A program made the position numbers and the translations under genes. Below are positions 8,489 to 18,447 of a stretch of 52,683 nucleotides of DNA, piece after piece. Under the pieces are notes generated by a model that saw nothing but the letters and a program-made list of their open reading frames with translations, did no database searches and had not been told where the DNA came from. The stretch spans positions 1-52,683 of the IMG/VR virus record IMGVR_UViG_3300034008_000022, one strand, 5' to 3'. Positions within the stretch are counted from its first letter, which is position 1, and each line of letters begins with the position of its first letter. Origin of the DNA: a virus (Duplodnaviria; Caudoviricetes).

Positions 8489-9808
8489 ATGGTGCAGTCA
8501 CCTGCTCGCCGACTGATCCCCGAGTCGACGCTGAACGCGCGCCTGACGATCGGCGGGATCGTCGACGTCACGACCGGCGGGGACGGGGTCGCGGACGACA
8601 CGACCGCGGTCGCGGCAGCACTGGCCGGGATCTCGGCGTTCGGTGGCGGCACGGTCCGACTGAGTCGCCCGCACGTCGTCTCCGCCATCACGATCCCGGA
8701 GAGGGTGACCCTGCAGGGGAACGGCTCCGGCAAGCTCATCCACAAGTCGGGGTCGGCCGCGTCTGCGGTCACCCTGGCCGGTGGCGGCTCCACCATGCGT
8801 GACCTCGAGGTGGACGGCAACGCGGCCGGGCAGACCGTCGCAACGATGGTGCCAGTGGTCGCCAGGGGCGTCCGCACCCTGATCGAGAACTGCTACGTGC
8901 ACGACGCCAAGTGGGACGGCATAGCGATCGGGTCCGGGTCCAACCACAGGATCTCCGGCTGCACGGTCATCGGCACCGGCCGATTCGGGATCACCATCTC
9001 CGCGACCGGGGTCACCCCCACGACCCACTGCCGGATCGTGGAGAACTACGTCGAGGCCAGCACTGCAGGCGCGCTCGGAATCATCGCTACCGCCCACTAC
9101 GTCAGCTTCGTCGGGAACACGACGAAGAATCACGGCGGCGACGGGATCGCGGCGTACAACGCCGACAACCGGCGGATCACCTGCATTGGCAACGTCTTCC
9201 ACAACCCCGGGAACCACGGCATCCACCTCGGCGGGCAGGGCCTCGTCATCGCCGACAACGTCGCGGAGAACGTCGGGCAGGGTCACGGGTTCTTCATCCA
9301 GAACGACGACCTGTCCACGGCCTACAACGCCGTCATCGAGGGCAACACCGTCGAGGGCGTCACGATCGGCGAGGGGATCCGTGTCGGCGCGACCCGCGGC
9401 GTCGCCATCACCGGGAACAGCGTTCTGAACGCTGAGCGCTTCAGCATCCACCTCACCGACTGCTCCGACTACACGGTCGGGGACAACACGCTGGTCGTGA
9501 CCGCGGCACAGACGGCCGGCGCGGTCGGGATCAACCTCCTCGCGTCACCTCGCGGCACCGTCACCGGCAACACGATCCGAGGGATCAACGGCGACGCCAT
9601 CTTGCTGAACGACAACGGCGGCGTGTTCTGTCAGTTCGTCACCATCACCGGCAACACGATCAGCACCTGCGCGGGCTGGGGTCTGCACAGCATCGAGCTG
9701 TCGAACCGGATCCTGCACGGGTCGAACATCTACTCCGCGTGCACGGCGGGCGCGAAGTCCTTGGTCGGCGCGAACAACGTCGCATCCGGGCTGGACCTCG
9801 CCGCCTGA
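8489..9808 (+). CDS. Right-handed beta-helix (pectate-lyase-like) tailspike/depolymerase
   Basis: GDGVADDT N-terminal motif; repeated I.GN.. strands. Confidence 0.8.
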   Translation: MVQSPARRLIPESTLNARLTIGGIVDVTTGGDGVADDTTAVAAALAGISAFGGGTVRLSRPHVVSAITIPERVTLQGNGSGKLIHKSGSAASAVTLAGGGSTMRDLEVDGNAAGQTVATMVPVVARGVRTLIENCYVHDAKWDGIAIGSGSNHRISGCTVIGTGRFGITISATGVTPTTHCRIVENYVEASTAGALGIIATAHYVSFVGNTTKNHGGDGIAAYNADNRRITCIGNVFHNPGNHGIHLGGQGLVIADNVAENVGQGHGFFIQNDDLSTAYNAVIEGNTVEGVTIGEGIRVGATRGVAITGNSVLNAERFSIHLTDCSDYTVGDNTLVVTAAQTAGAVGINLLASPRGTVTGNTIRGINGDAILLNDNGGVFCQFVTITGNTISTCAGWGLHSIELSNRILHGSNIYSACTAGAKSLVGANNVASGLDLAA

Positions 9809-10983
9809 TGGTCGACGAGCCCCCGGTTGTCGCGGTCTGGCGTGACCTCGGATCCCAGTGGGCCAGGGTCGGGGAGATCGGCGAGTACAACGACCTCAAG
9901 TTCACGCCCACCTTCAACGACGTCGGCGACTGGACGACGACCCTCCCGTACGAGGATCAGGCGCTGCTCCTGACCAAGAACCGGCTCGTCACCATCGACT
10001 GGCGCGGGGTCCGCTCCACCTGGCAGGTCGTCGGCTTCAACCCGTCGTCGGATGAGGAGACCGGGGAGACGGTGCTCGCCGTCAGTGGTGGCGGGGCGCT
10101 CGCCCGACTCGGTTGGGTGCTGGCCTGGCCCAACCCCGCCCTGCCCATCGGCTCGCAGCCTGTGGTCGGCGAGGAAGACCCGGCGCCGTACGTCGGTCCT
10201 GCCGAGACCGTCATCCGGACCCTGGTGGCCGGGAACCTGCGCGACCGCTACGGGATGGCCATCACCTGCCCACCCAGCCAGGGCCGCGGCACCACGGTCA
10301 CCGCCCGCCCGGTGTTCGACAACCTCCTCGAGCTGGTCACGAAGCTGGCGAAGGACGGCGGGATCGGCGTCGACGTCGGGCTCGTGGATGTAGCCGAGTC
10401 GGCGACCCGGGCGAACCTCACGCTGCGGTTCTGGACGCCGGTGAACCGCGCCAAGTCGGTCCTGTTGACCGCAGCAGCAGGAACGCTGGACAAGTGGGAG
10501 CAGGCCGACACCGCACCGACCGCGACGAAGGCCCTCGTCGGTGGCGCTGGGAACGGCGGCGCGGACAGGTTCTTCACCTGGCCGGTCACCACCCCGAAGT
10601 CGACGGCAACAGCCAGCGAGTGGGGCGGGCATCGAGAGGTGTTCGTCGACGGCCCCGCCACCTTCGACCCTGCTGAGCTGCAACAGGCCGGCAGGCAGGC
10701 CCTCACCGAGGGCGCCGAGACCCGCACCCTGGCACTGACCTCGGCCGAGTCCGAGGGCCAGCAGGCGTTCAGACACTTCGCCGTCGGTGACATCGCCACC
10801 GGGGAAGTCCTCACCGGCGCATCGGTGCAGGACGTCATCACCAGCATCGCGGTCACCGTCGACGAGAACGGCATCGACGTCGTCCCCACCTTCGGGAACC
10901 CGTCCGCGACGGACGCAACCCTCGATCTCGCCGAGCAAGTCGGCGCCCTTCGCCGGGCTCTCCGCTACCAGGAACGGAAGTAG
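9808..10983 (+). CDS. Minor tail protein (Gp37-like baseplate hub)
   Basis: FNDVGDW, GPAETVI, REVFVD, F.VGD motifs; TGATG overlap. Confidence 0.8.
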   Translation: MVDEPPVVAVWRDLGSQWARVGEIGEYNDLKFTPTFNDVGDWTTTLPYEDQALLLTKNRLVTIDWRGVRSTWQVVGFNPSSDEETGETVLAVSGGGALARLGWVLAWPNPALPIGSQPVVGEEDPAPYVGPAETVIRTLVAGNLRDRYGMAITCPPSQGRGTTVTARPVFDNLLELVTKLAKDGGIGVDVGLVDVAESATRANLTLRFWTPVNRAKSVLLTAAAGTLDKWEQADTAPTATKALVGGAGNGGADRFFTWPVTTPKSTATASEWGGHREVFVDGPATFDPAELQQAGRQALTEGAETRTLALTSAESEGQQAFRHFAVGDIATGEVLTGASVQDVITSIAVTVDENGIDVVPTFGNPSATDATLDLAEQVGALRRALRYQERK

Positions 10984-10986
10984 CAC

Positions 10987-11736
10987 ATGGCCATCAACGT
11001 GTACGGGGTCGTCGGAACCATCGACGACGGCCACTGGGCGCAGCTGCTCCAGGACCTCGGCGACGGCGGGAACGGCATGTCGGTCGCTGCCGGGCTGCTG
11101 GTCTCACCAGCAACCGGAACGCGCCTGGTGTCGGTCACATCCGGCCGCTCGGTGCAGGCCGGGACCTGGGCGACGGTGGACGCGTCCACCGTCTCACTGG
11201 TGGCGAACACGACGTCCAACACCCGCTTCGACGTGGTGTGCCTGCAGGTCAACTGGGCGGCCGCGACCGCAGCGTTCAACGCGACCGCCGGCGACCTGGC
11301 GACCAAGGCGGCCGCTGCCCGCGGAGCAGCCGGGTCCCTGATCGCGGTCCAGGGCACCCCTGGGACATCCCCCGTGCTTCCCGCGCTGACACAGAACCCG
11401 GGGGTGCTGTGGCAGACCCCTCTGGCGATGGTGCGAGTGCCCGGTGGGGCCGGGCAGCTCGCGGCGTCCGACGTCACCCGCTGCCGTCCGCTGCCGCTGG
11501 AGAAGACCTGCTCAGGCACATCGACGCTGGTGACCGGTGAGAACCGGACCATCGCCTTCCCCTACTACCTGTTCGACTCGCCCCCGCGGGTGGCCCTGAC
11601 GCCACGCACCGCCGCTGGTGCGAGCACGAACTCGAACCTGTCGACCGGGTTGATCACCAAGGACTCGTTCGTGGCCGAGCTGTTCCGCTCGAACACCGCC
11701 GAGGTCACCTTCGACTGGATCGCGTCCGGCGTCTGA
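10987..11736 (+). CDS. Minor tail protein
   Basis: RFDVVCL..NW, P.LTQ..G..WQ.PLA motifs of actinophage minor tail proteins. Confidence 0.8.
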   Translation: MAINVYGVVGTIDDGHWAQLLQDLGDGGNGMSVAAGLLVSPATGTRLVSVTSGRSVQAGTWATVDASTVSLVANTTSNTRFDVVCLQVNWAAATAAFNATAGDLATKAAAARGAAGSLIAVQGTPGTSPVLPALTQNPGVLWQTPLAMVRVPGGAGQLAASDVTRCRPLPLEKTCSGTSTLVTGENRTIAFPYYLFDSPPRVALTPRTAAGASTNSNLSTGLITKDSFVAELFRSNTAEVTFDWIASGV

Positions 11737-11767
11737 TGTCCACGCACTGCACTGAGGAGACTCCCTG

Positions 11768-13126
11768 ATGGCACGCCTGCTCTACGGCCCCGTCCTGGTC
11801 GGCACCCCGACCCCGGCGACCGGTGACGGCAACGCGCTCGCGTTCGCCTCGACCAGCCTCCAGGCCTACAGGGCCCGGACTGGCGGGACGGCCGAGACGG
11901 ACCTGCAGACCGTCGCCGGCAGCCCCATCACGGCAGTCGTCCCGGACTCCGCGACCGGTGCCGCGACGTTCTACGGTCCCGATGGCTACACCGGTTCGAT
12001 GTGGCTGGCAGACCCGGCGACCGGCGTGCGCTGGCAGGTGCTCCCGATCGACATCGCCGAGCGGCTGGGGGGGACCGGACTCGACGCGGCCGGCGTCCGC
12101 ACCATCCTCGACACCGCACTCGTCGCCGGCACTCGGATGTCGATCGCCAAGGTCGGCAACACCTACGTCTTCGCCACCACCGCCACCACCAACCAGACCG
12201 ATGACTTCCTCCGCGACCTCGGGAACGCGACCGGCACCCTGTCCGCAGATGCCCTGGTCGATGGCACCACGAAGAAGGTCCTCACCGCCGCGGAGAGGAC
12301 GAAGCTTGCGGGTCTGACCGCGCCTCTGACCGACGCGCAGTTCAACGCGAAGGTGAAGGCGTACCTCGACGCGAGCGGCTACTCCCCGACCATCGTCGTC
12401 GGCGCCGACGAGGCCGACCCGAATGTCGTTGACGGCGCCACCCTGCTGCGCCTGGCCGCATCGACGGCAGCGAAGTCCGCTGCCGAGCTGACCGAGGGCG
12501 TGTCCAGCGGTGTGGTCGCCGCAGCCGGCACCTATGCGCTGACTCCGCCTGCGACCGTCGCGGACACCACGGTCTACGCGCACGTCATCACCGGACAGAC
12601 CGCGGCATCAGTGACCGGCGGCGCGGTCGCCGCGGCACCTTCGGGGCTCACCGGCGGGGGCCGCACCTGGACCCTGGTGCCGAACACGTCGGTCGTGTCG
12701 TCCAACAGCCAGATGCATTCCAGCGTATGGAAGGGTGTGGGCGCCAACCCGACGACAGCCAACGTCGTGATCACGGTCGCGGCCCAGCACGACCGGGTGG
12801 CAGCCAGACTCGTCGGGGTCACGAACAGCACAGGGGCCGTGGTGCAGTCGACCAACGGCGGCTCGACCACCTCGCAGACCCCCTCCGCCACCCTCTCGGG
12901 GGTCGCCGCAGGGAACCTGTCGCTGGCGTTCATGGCGCTCAACTCCGGAGGCGCCGCAGCATCGGTCACGACTGCCGGCTTCACCGAGCTGCTTCCGCAG
13001 CTCGTGAACAGCAACCCTGCCTTCAAGGGGCTGGCCGCGTACAACCCGACCGGGGTCGGCTCTGTCGCGTTCGGAACGCCGGGGAACGCCTCGGCCAAGA
13101 TGGTCACGCTCCTCGAGGTGGCCTGA
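11768..13126 (+). CDS. Minor tail/tail fibre protein
   Basis: 452 aa, Ala/Thr-rich, LTAAERTKLAG motif, AGGAG SD. Confidence 0.7.
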   Translation: MARLLYGPVLVGTPTPATGDGNALAFASTSLQAYRARTGGTAETDLQTVAGSPITAVVPDSATGAATFYGPDGYTGSMWLADPATGVRWQVLPIDIAERLGGTGLDAAGVRTILDTALVAGTRMSIAKVGNTYVFATTATTNQTDDFLRDLGNATGTLSADALVDGTTKKVLTAAERTKLAGLTAPLTDAQFNAKVKAYLDASGYSPTIVVGADEADPNVVDGATLLRLAASTAAKSAAELTEGVSSGVVAAAGTYALTPPATVADTTVYAHVITGQTAASVTGGAVAAAPSGLTGGGRTWTLVPNTSVVSSNSQMHSSVWKGVGANPTTANVVITVAAQHDRVAARLVGVTNSTGAVVQSTNGGSTTSQTPSATLSGVAAGNLSLAFMALNSGGAAASVTTAGFTELLPQLVNSNPAFKGLAAYNPTGVGSVAFGTPGNASAKMVTLLEVA

Positions 13127-13127
13127 C

Positions 13128-16100
13128 ATGGCGTGGCGGCCGGTGCAGACGATCGCGCACGGTGAGGGCGGCGCGTGGGTCGACGCGGTCGAGGAGAAGC
13201 TCGGCGTCGGCAGCGCGTGGGTCGACGTGGCGAGCCTCGCGCAGGGTGACGGCAACGCCCCTCCGCCGCCTCCTCCGCCGCCGACCGACCTGTTCATGGG
13301 CCGCTACTCCGCGAACCCGTCAGGGAACCCCGACCAGGCGTACTTCGCGACCTACGGCAACTGGCCCATGGGTGCCGTCACCTACATCGTCGACCAGGCG
13401 GTGAACGAGGCGTACGAGATAGCCCGGCTGAACCGCGGCACGAAGCTGTTCGTCGACCTCGACCCGAAGAACACGCCGGGACTGCTCTACGAGATCAGCA
13501 TCTGGTCAACCGCAGGGCAGACGTACGTCGACCGGTTCCTCACCGCCATGCAACGGGTCGCCACCGCCGCAGCAGCAGCGAGCCCTGACATCGTCCTCGG
13601 GTTCGTGCACGAGTGGGAGGTGAAGATCCAGCCGGCGCAGGGCCCGGTGTTCACCGACGCCCGCGACCGGGAGGTCGCCACCTTCGCAGCGGCGCTGTCC
13701 CGGTTCATCAACCGCGCCGCGCAGATCGCGCCGTCGTGCCGCACGTCGCTGTGGACCGGTGGGTACTTCACGTCTCTGATCGCCCAGGTGATGGCGGCTA
13801 TGACGGCCGTGCCCGACGCGGTCATCTTCGACGAGTACGTCACAGCCTCCGGGAGCCCCGCCACCACCCCGATGCAGGACTGGCAGCCGTTCGTCACGTT
13901 CCTCAACAGCAACTCCACCTTCCAGTCGTGGAACGGCGGCCGGACCCCGATCTACCTCGGCGAGTACGGCATCGACACGGTGCACGGTGACGCCGCATGT
14001 GCCCGGTTCTTCTCCGGGGTCGAGGATGCGATGCGCGCCCTCGGCATCGGCGGCTGCATGCACTTCAACCGCGACCGCACCGACAACGACGGCAAGGTCG
14101 TGTTCTACGACATCTCCACCGGGTCGACTCCCCTCGCGCAGCAGGCGTTCGCCGCCGAGGTCGCATCGATCCGCGGGATCCCGTCACAGCCACCCGCCCC
14201 GCCGGTCAACCTGCGACAGGCCTCGGCCCCGTCCCAGACGACCGTGAACCTGGCCATGGAGCCCGGCACCCCGCCTGCCGACGCCGACCCGGTGACCGAG
14301 TACCGGGTCTACACCGGCACCACGCTCCGGGCGACCGCACCGGCGCTGTCCGGCCCGATCGCCAGCGGCCCGGACGCGCTCAAGCCGGTCGTCGTACCGC
14401 TGAGCGGGACCACTCCGCCGTCGCTGCGACAGGGCTCGCCGAGTGGGCCGGAGCTCAAGCTCGTCGGCGCGTCCGTCTGGGGCGTCGACGACCTGGTGAC
14501 CCGCGCGGTGACCGTCGGCGGCCTCCCATTCTGGCAGCACCAGTACAACGCCCGGACCACCATCGCGGCCACCCTTAAGGCGTGGGGCGCGAACATGATG
14601 CGGTTCCGGCTCCTCGCGGACGCCTACAACGCCCAGCAGTCAGGCATCACCAAGGCGACCAGGATCGCGCAGATCGTCGCATGGCGCGACGCGGCCGTGG
14701 CGCAGGGGCTCTACTTCATGCCCTGCTGGTGGGATTCGCTCGACGGGTCCATGCAGGACGCCGGCTGGGGCACCCTCTACACCGGCGCGCACCAGATGAT
14801 GACCGACGTCCGCAACGCACTGATGATCCCCACCCCCGGCAACACGTCGGTGCTGATGGACGACCCGATGGTCATCTACGAGCTGTTCAACGAGCCGAAC
14901 CAGATCTCCGACGCCGCCTGGCAGAACGCGATGCAGCTGACGATCGCGCACTTCCGGGGCTTCCTCGGCTACCGGGGCGTGCTGCTGATCGACACGAACA
15001 ACTGGTCGCACCGCTACGACGACACGCGGATGACGCAGGTCGAGGGCTACGACGCCGGGATCGCGGTCATGGGCGGCACTCATCAGCTCGTGTTCTGCAA
15101 GCACGACTACGGCGACGAGTACCCCAACAAGGACCTGTGGACCACGGCAACGTGGATCAACAACGACGGCGTCGGCGGCACGAGCCCTTGGAACTTCACC
15201 AAGCACCTGGTCGTCGAGTCCGAGTTCGGGAACTACAATATCGACGGGCTGTCACACCCCGCCTGGTCGGCGGGCGCCTCGACCGGCCTCGCGGACCAGA
15301 TCAACGCCAACACCTATCCCACGCTCGTCGGCGCGTTCCCGTTCGTGTGGGGACCCTGGTCCGACGGGAACGCGATGACCGCCACCGACAACGTCACCCC
15401 GACCACCTGGGGCGGCTACGGCAAGAACAACCTCATGGCCCGCGTCGATCACGAGGTCGCCACCTCCGACGGCGTGTCCGTGCAGGTGACCGGCCTCACC
15501 GCCGCCACGACCTACAGCTTCACCGCCCGCTCGTTCAACGGGCAGGAGTCGGTCGACTCGGCTGCGCTGTCGGTCACGACACAGGCGGTCACCGGCAACG
15601 TCGCACCGAACGCCCCGGCGAACCTCCGGCTCGGCGCCACCGGGCCGACGACGTCGGCGATCCCGCTCGCGTGGGATGCGGCCACCCTGCCGACCGGCGC
15701 GGCGCCGGTCACCGAGTACCGCATCTACGAGGGCGCTACGCTGCGCGCGACCGTGGCCGGGCTCACCGGCACCGTCACCGGTCTCGCAGCCGGCACTGCG
15801 CACACGTTCACGGTCCGCGCCTACAACGGCCGCGAGTCGACCAACTCGAACGCGTTCACGGCCTCGACCACGGCCAGCCAGCCACCGGCCGCGCCCACAT
15901 CGCTACGGCAGACCGGGGTCACCAGCTCGTCCGTCTCCCTCGCCTGGAACGCAGCCACGGTCCCCGCCGGGTCCAACCCGATCACCGCCTACCGGGTGTA
16001 CCGCGGGGCGACCCTTGCGGCCACCGTCACCGGTCTCACCGCGACCGCCTCGGGACTCAGCGCCTCGACGGCGTACCTGTTCACGGTCCGCGCGTTCAAC

Positions 16101-16949
16101 GGCGCAGAGTCAGCTGCATCGAACACGCTGTCCGCCACCACCCAGGCAGCGTCGACCGGTTTCGCCGTCCCGGCCGGCTACAGCCTCTACCACGGCCGCG
16201 ACTTCACCGTGGCGAACGCGGCCGACGACGCGAACTGGGAGATCTACACCGGCCCTCAGGGCAACAACCGGGCCAGCTTCCGCGCCGCGAACGTCGTCAA
16301 GTCCGGCACCAACGGGCAGGAGCTGATCGCCAACCGCACCGCGGACGGCGCGACCGTCTACTCCGGCGCCGTCAAGAACTACGACATCGTGCTCCCGCAG
16401 TACTTCTACCTCCGGTACGTCTTCAAGCTGATGAACTTCGCGCGCGGCTCCTGGCCGTCCCTGTGGGCGAGGCCGCATCCCACGACTGGCGGCGAGGGCG
16501 AGATCGACTTCATGGAAGCGTTCGGTGGGCACATCGGCTCCACCCTCCCGAGGATCATCTGCGGCACCATCATCCTCACGCCCTACAGCAACGGCTCCAC
16601 AGGCGCCGTGCAGACCAACCTCCCCGGCCAGGACTGGGGGATCCCAGCGTCGTCGTACGGGTCGCCGGGCGTGTACGGCCCGGAGATCCTCCTCGAGGTC
16701 CGCAAGACGGTCGGCCAGGTGTCGTACACCGTCAACGGCGTCTCCAAGGGAGTCATCGCACGGACCACGTCGAACGCGGCGAAGTGGGACGCCCAGATGG
16801 AGAGGGCCAGCCAGCGGTGGTATGTCCGCCTCGACCACCAGGCCGGTGGTGTGGGAGCGAACGGGAACGGCGAGTCCGGTGACCCGGCGCCCGGCTGGCG
16901 TGAGTCTCGGCAGTCGATGATGGAACTCGTCGTCGGGCTGCCGGCATGA
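13128..16949 (+). CDS. Multi-domain virion glycoside hydrolase: GH26-like + GH5-like + Fn3 repeats + GH16-like
   Basis: HEWE/GEYG; YELFNEP/ESEFG; Fn3 Y.F.V.A.N repeats; WPSLW..GEIDFME. Confidence 0.75.
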   Translation: MAWRPVQTIAHGEGGAWVDAVEEKLGVGSAWVDVASLAQGDGNAPPPPPPPPTDLFMGRYSANPSGNPDQAYFATYGNWPMGAVTYIVDQAVNEAYEIARLNRGTKLFVDLDPKNTPGLLYEISIWSTAGQTYVDRFLTAMQRVATAAAAASPDIVLGFVHEWEVKIQPAQGPVFTDARDREVATFAAALSRFINRAAQIAPSCRTSLWTGGYFTSLIAQVMAAMTAVPDAVIFDEYVTASGSPATTPMQDWQPFVTFLNSNSTFQSWNGGRTPIYLGEYGIDTVHGDAACARFFSGVEDAMRALGIGGCMHFNRDRTDNDGKVVFYDISTGSTPLAQQAFAAEVASIRGIPSQPPAPPVNLRQASAPSQTTVNLAMEPGTPPADADPVTEYRVYTGTTLRATAPALSGPIASGPDALKPVVVPLSGTTPPSLRQGSPSGPELKLVGASVWGVDDLVTRAVTVGGLPFWQHQYNARTTIAATLKAWGANMMRFRLLADAYNAQQSGITKATRIAQIVAWRDAAVAQGLYFMPCWWDSLDGSMQDAGWGTLYTGAHQMMTDVRNALMIPTPGNTSVLMDDPMVIYELFNEPNQISDAAWQNAMQLTIAHFRGFLGYRGVLLIDTNNWSHRYDDTRMTQVEGYDAGIAVMGGTHQLVFCKHDYGDEYPNKDLWTTATWINNDGVGGTSPWNFTKHLVVESEFGNYNIDGLSHPAWSAGASTGLADQINANTYPTLVGAFPFVWGPWSDGNAMTATDNVTPTTWGGYGKNNLMARVDHEVATSDGVSVQVTGLTAATTYSFTARSFNGQESVDSAALSVTTQAVTGNVAPNAPANLRLGATGPTTSAIPLAWDAATLPTGAAPVTEYRIYEGATLRATVAGLTGTVTGLAAGTAHTFTVRAYNGRESTNSNAFTASTTASQPPAAPTSLRQTGVTSSSVSLAWNAATVPAGSNPITAYRVYRGATLAATVTGLTATASGLSASTAYLFTVRAFNGAESAASNTLSATTQAASTGFAVPAGYSLYHGRDFTVANAADDANWEIYTGPQGNNRASFRAANVVKSGTNGQELIANRTADGATVYSGAVKNYDIVLPQYFYLRYVFKLMNFARGSWPSLWARPHPTTGGEGEIDFMEAFGGHIGSTLPRIICGTIILTPYSNGSTGAVQTNLPGQDWGIPASSYGSPGVYGPEILLEVRKTVGQVSYTVNGVSKGVIARTTSNAAKWDAQMERASQRWYVRLDHQAGGVGANGNGESGDPAPGWRESRQSMMELVVGLPA

Positions 16950-17095
16950 TCGTCATCGCCCGCCCGAAGCCGGAGCCGGTCACCTCCACCATCACCGTGT
17001 GGCTGACCGCATCCGAGAAGGCTGAGATCACCCGCCGCGCACGAGCCGCAGGCATGTCCGTCTCGGCATGGGCACGGCGGCGGCTGACGACCTGA
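16946..17095 (+). CDS. MobC-like ribbon-helix-helix protein (49 aa)
   Basis: Hand-translated MIVIARPKPEPVTSTITVWLTASEKAEITRRARAAGMSVSAWARRRLTT; ATGA overlap. Confidence 0.75.
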   Translation: MIVIARPKPEPVTSTITVWLTASEKAEITRRARAAGMSVSAWARRRLTT

Positions 17096-17145
17096 CCGCC
17101 GAGCACGCGCCAAGGGATCCGCCGAACCGCTCTGGGAGGCCCGTC

Positions 17146-17598
17146 TTGATCGCACCACTCGCCACCACCCGATGGGGCCGCATCAAGGCTGCCGCTTCCG
17201 TCGCCCCGTTCGAGCTGCCCATCGTCACCTACCTAGCCGTCGTCGGTGCAGGTGCCATCCTCTCCGGGGCCGAGTCGACCCCTTCCACCCTCGATGACGC
17301 ACTCCCCGGATGGATGGTCGTCATGTGGGCCGTCTGCCTCACCGTCGGCGGCGGCTGCACCGCGTTCGGGCTGCTCCGGCACTCGCCGCACCTGGAGTCG
17401 CTGGGCCTGATCGTCCTCGCCTGGCCGTGCGGCATGTACGCCGCCGTGCTCGCCCTCGTCGCGGCCCCCGCAGGCATCGCCGCAGCCCTCGCCTACCTCG
17501 CGCTGCTCACCGGGTGCATCCTGCGACTCCGCGTGCTCTTCCTCGCCGACCGCGCCAGACGACTCGCCAACGTCATGCTCCGAGAGGGCAGCGCGTGA
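17146..17598 (+). CDS. 4-TM membrane protein, lysis-associated (holin-like)
   Basis: Four hydrophobic segments; GGAGG SD before TTG 17146 (ORF open from 17068). Confidence 0.65.
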   Translation: MIAPLATTRWGRIKAAASVAPFELPIVTYLAVVGAGAILSGAESTPSTLDDALPGWMVVMWAVCLTVGGGCTAFGLLRHSPHLESLGLIVLAWPCGMYAAVLALVAAPAGIAAALAYLALLTGCILRLRVLFLADRARRLANVMLREGSA

Positions 17599-17960
17599 AT
17601 CCCGATGTCATCCTCGCCAACGGCGGCATCGCCGGCCTGATCCTCGCCCTCGTCGCGGTCGGAAAGCTCGCGAAGGACTGGTGGCGCGACCGTCACGACA
17701 TCACCAACCGCGACGAGCTGCAGGAGCTCACCAAGGGCAGCACCGCCGTCGCTGATGCCTCTGCCGCCAACGCTGTCATCCTCGCCTCGCTCAACGACAT
17801 GCGCACCGAGAACGCGCGGCTCACCAGGAAGGTCGAGACCCTCGAGCTGCAGAACACCGCGAAGGACAAGAAGATCCGCGACCTCGAGTCGAAGCTCGCG
17901 GACGCACTCGACCAGATCCACGACATCGCGGCCGAGCTCGCCGCGCTCAAGACGACGTGA
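17595..17960 (+). CDS. 1-TM plus coiled-coil membrane protein, lysis-associated
   Basis: N-terminal TM, heptad-rich C-terminus; GTGA overlap. Confidence 0.7.
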   Translation: MNPDVILANGGIAGLILALVAVGKLAKDWWRDRHDITNRDELQELTKGSTAVADASAANAVILASLNDMRTENARLTRKVETLELQNTAKDKKIRDLESKLADALDQIHDIAAELAALKTT

Positions 17961-18115
17961 CCGCCCAGCCCGCTCCCCGTTGGTGGTCCTGCGTCTGCGG
18001 CGTCATGTGGAAGGACACCCACCCGGCCCCGTGCTGGTCCTGCGGTGGCGACGCCTCCCCCGCCTGGCAGCCCCGCATGACCTCTCAGCACGCCGCCCTG
18101 CTCAACCGACCCTAG
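17957..18115 (+). CDS. 52-aa Cys-rich micro-protein (CVC...CWSC)
   Basis: Hand-translated; GTGA overlap with upstream gene. Confidence 0.55.
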   Translation: MTAQPAPRWWSCVCGVMWKDTHPAPCWSCGGDASPAWQPRMTSQHAALLNRP

Positions 18116-18124
18116 GAGGCAACC

Positions 18125-18286
18125 ATGCACACCACCCCCGCCCCGCTGGTCCACTGGGCCGACCGAGGCCGCGTTCACCCCGTCGACCCCGGCAAGCCGA
18201 ACCCCACGACGCTCGTGCACGCCCTCATAACCTGCCCGACGTGCCGGACCCTCGCTGCCCAGTCGATCCAAACGTGGTCCGCATGA
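18125..18286 (+). CDS. 53-aa micro-protein, VHWAD..H..TCPTC (paralog 1)
   Basis: AGGAGG SD; similar to the next ORF. Confidence 0.7.
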   Translation: MHTTPAPLVHWADRGRVHPVDPGKPNPTTLVHALITCPTCRTLAAQSIQTWSA

Positions 18287-18447
18287 GCGCCGACGCGCCC
18301 GTCATGCCCGGCGAGGTGCCGGTCCACTGGGCCGACAAGGGCGCCGTCCTCCACCCGCTGCACCCGCGTCGCAGCAACGTCACCACGAACAACGCGGCAC
18401 TCGTGACCTGCCCCGACTGCCTCGAGCTGCAGCCGTCCGAGGCGTGA
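18283..18447 (+). CDS. 54-aa micro-protein, VHWAD..H..TCPDC (paralog 2)
   Basis: ATGA overlap; similar to the previous ORF. Confidence 0.7.
   Translation: MSADAPVMPGEVPVHWADKGAVLHPLHPRRSNVTTNNAALVTCPDCLELQPSEA

Noticed and set aside
14582-16882. 766-aa alternative-frame ORF and similar long overlapping ORFs across the genome
   Set aside because: Expected stop-poor shadow frames of high-GC coding DNA
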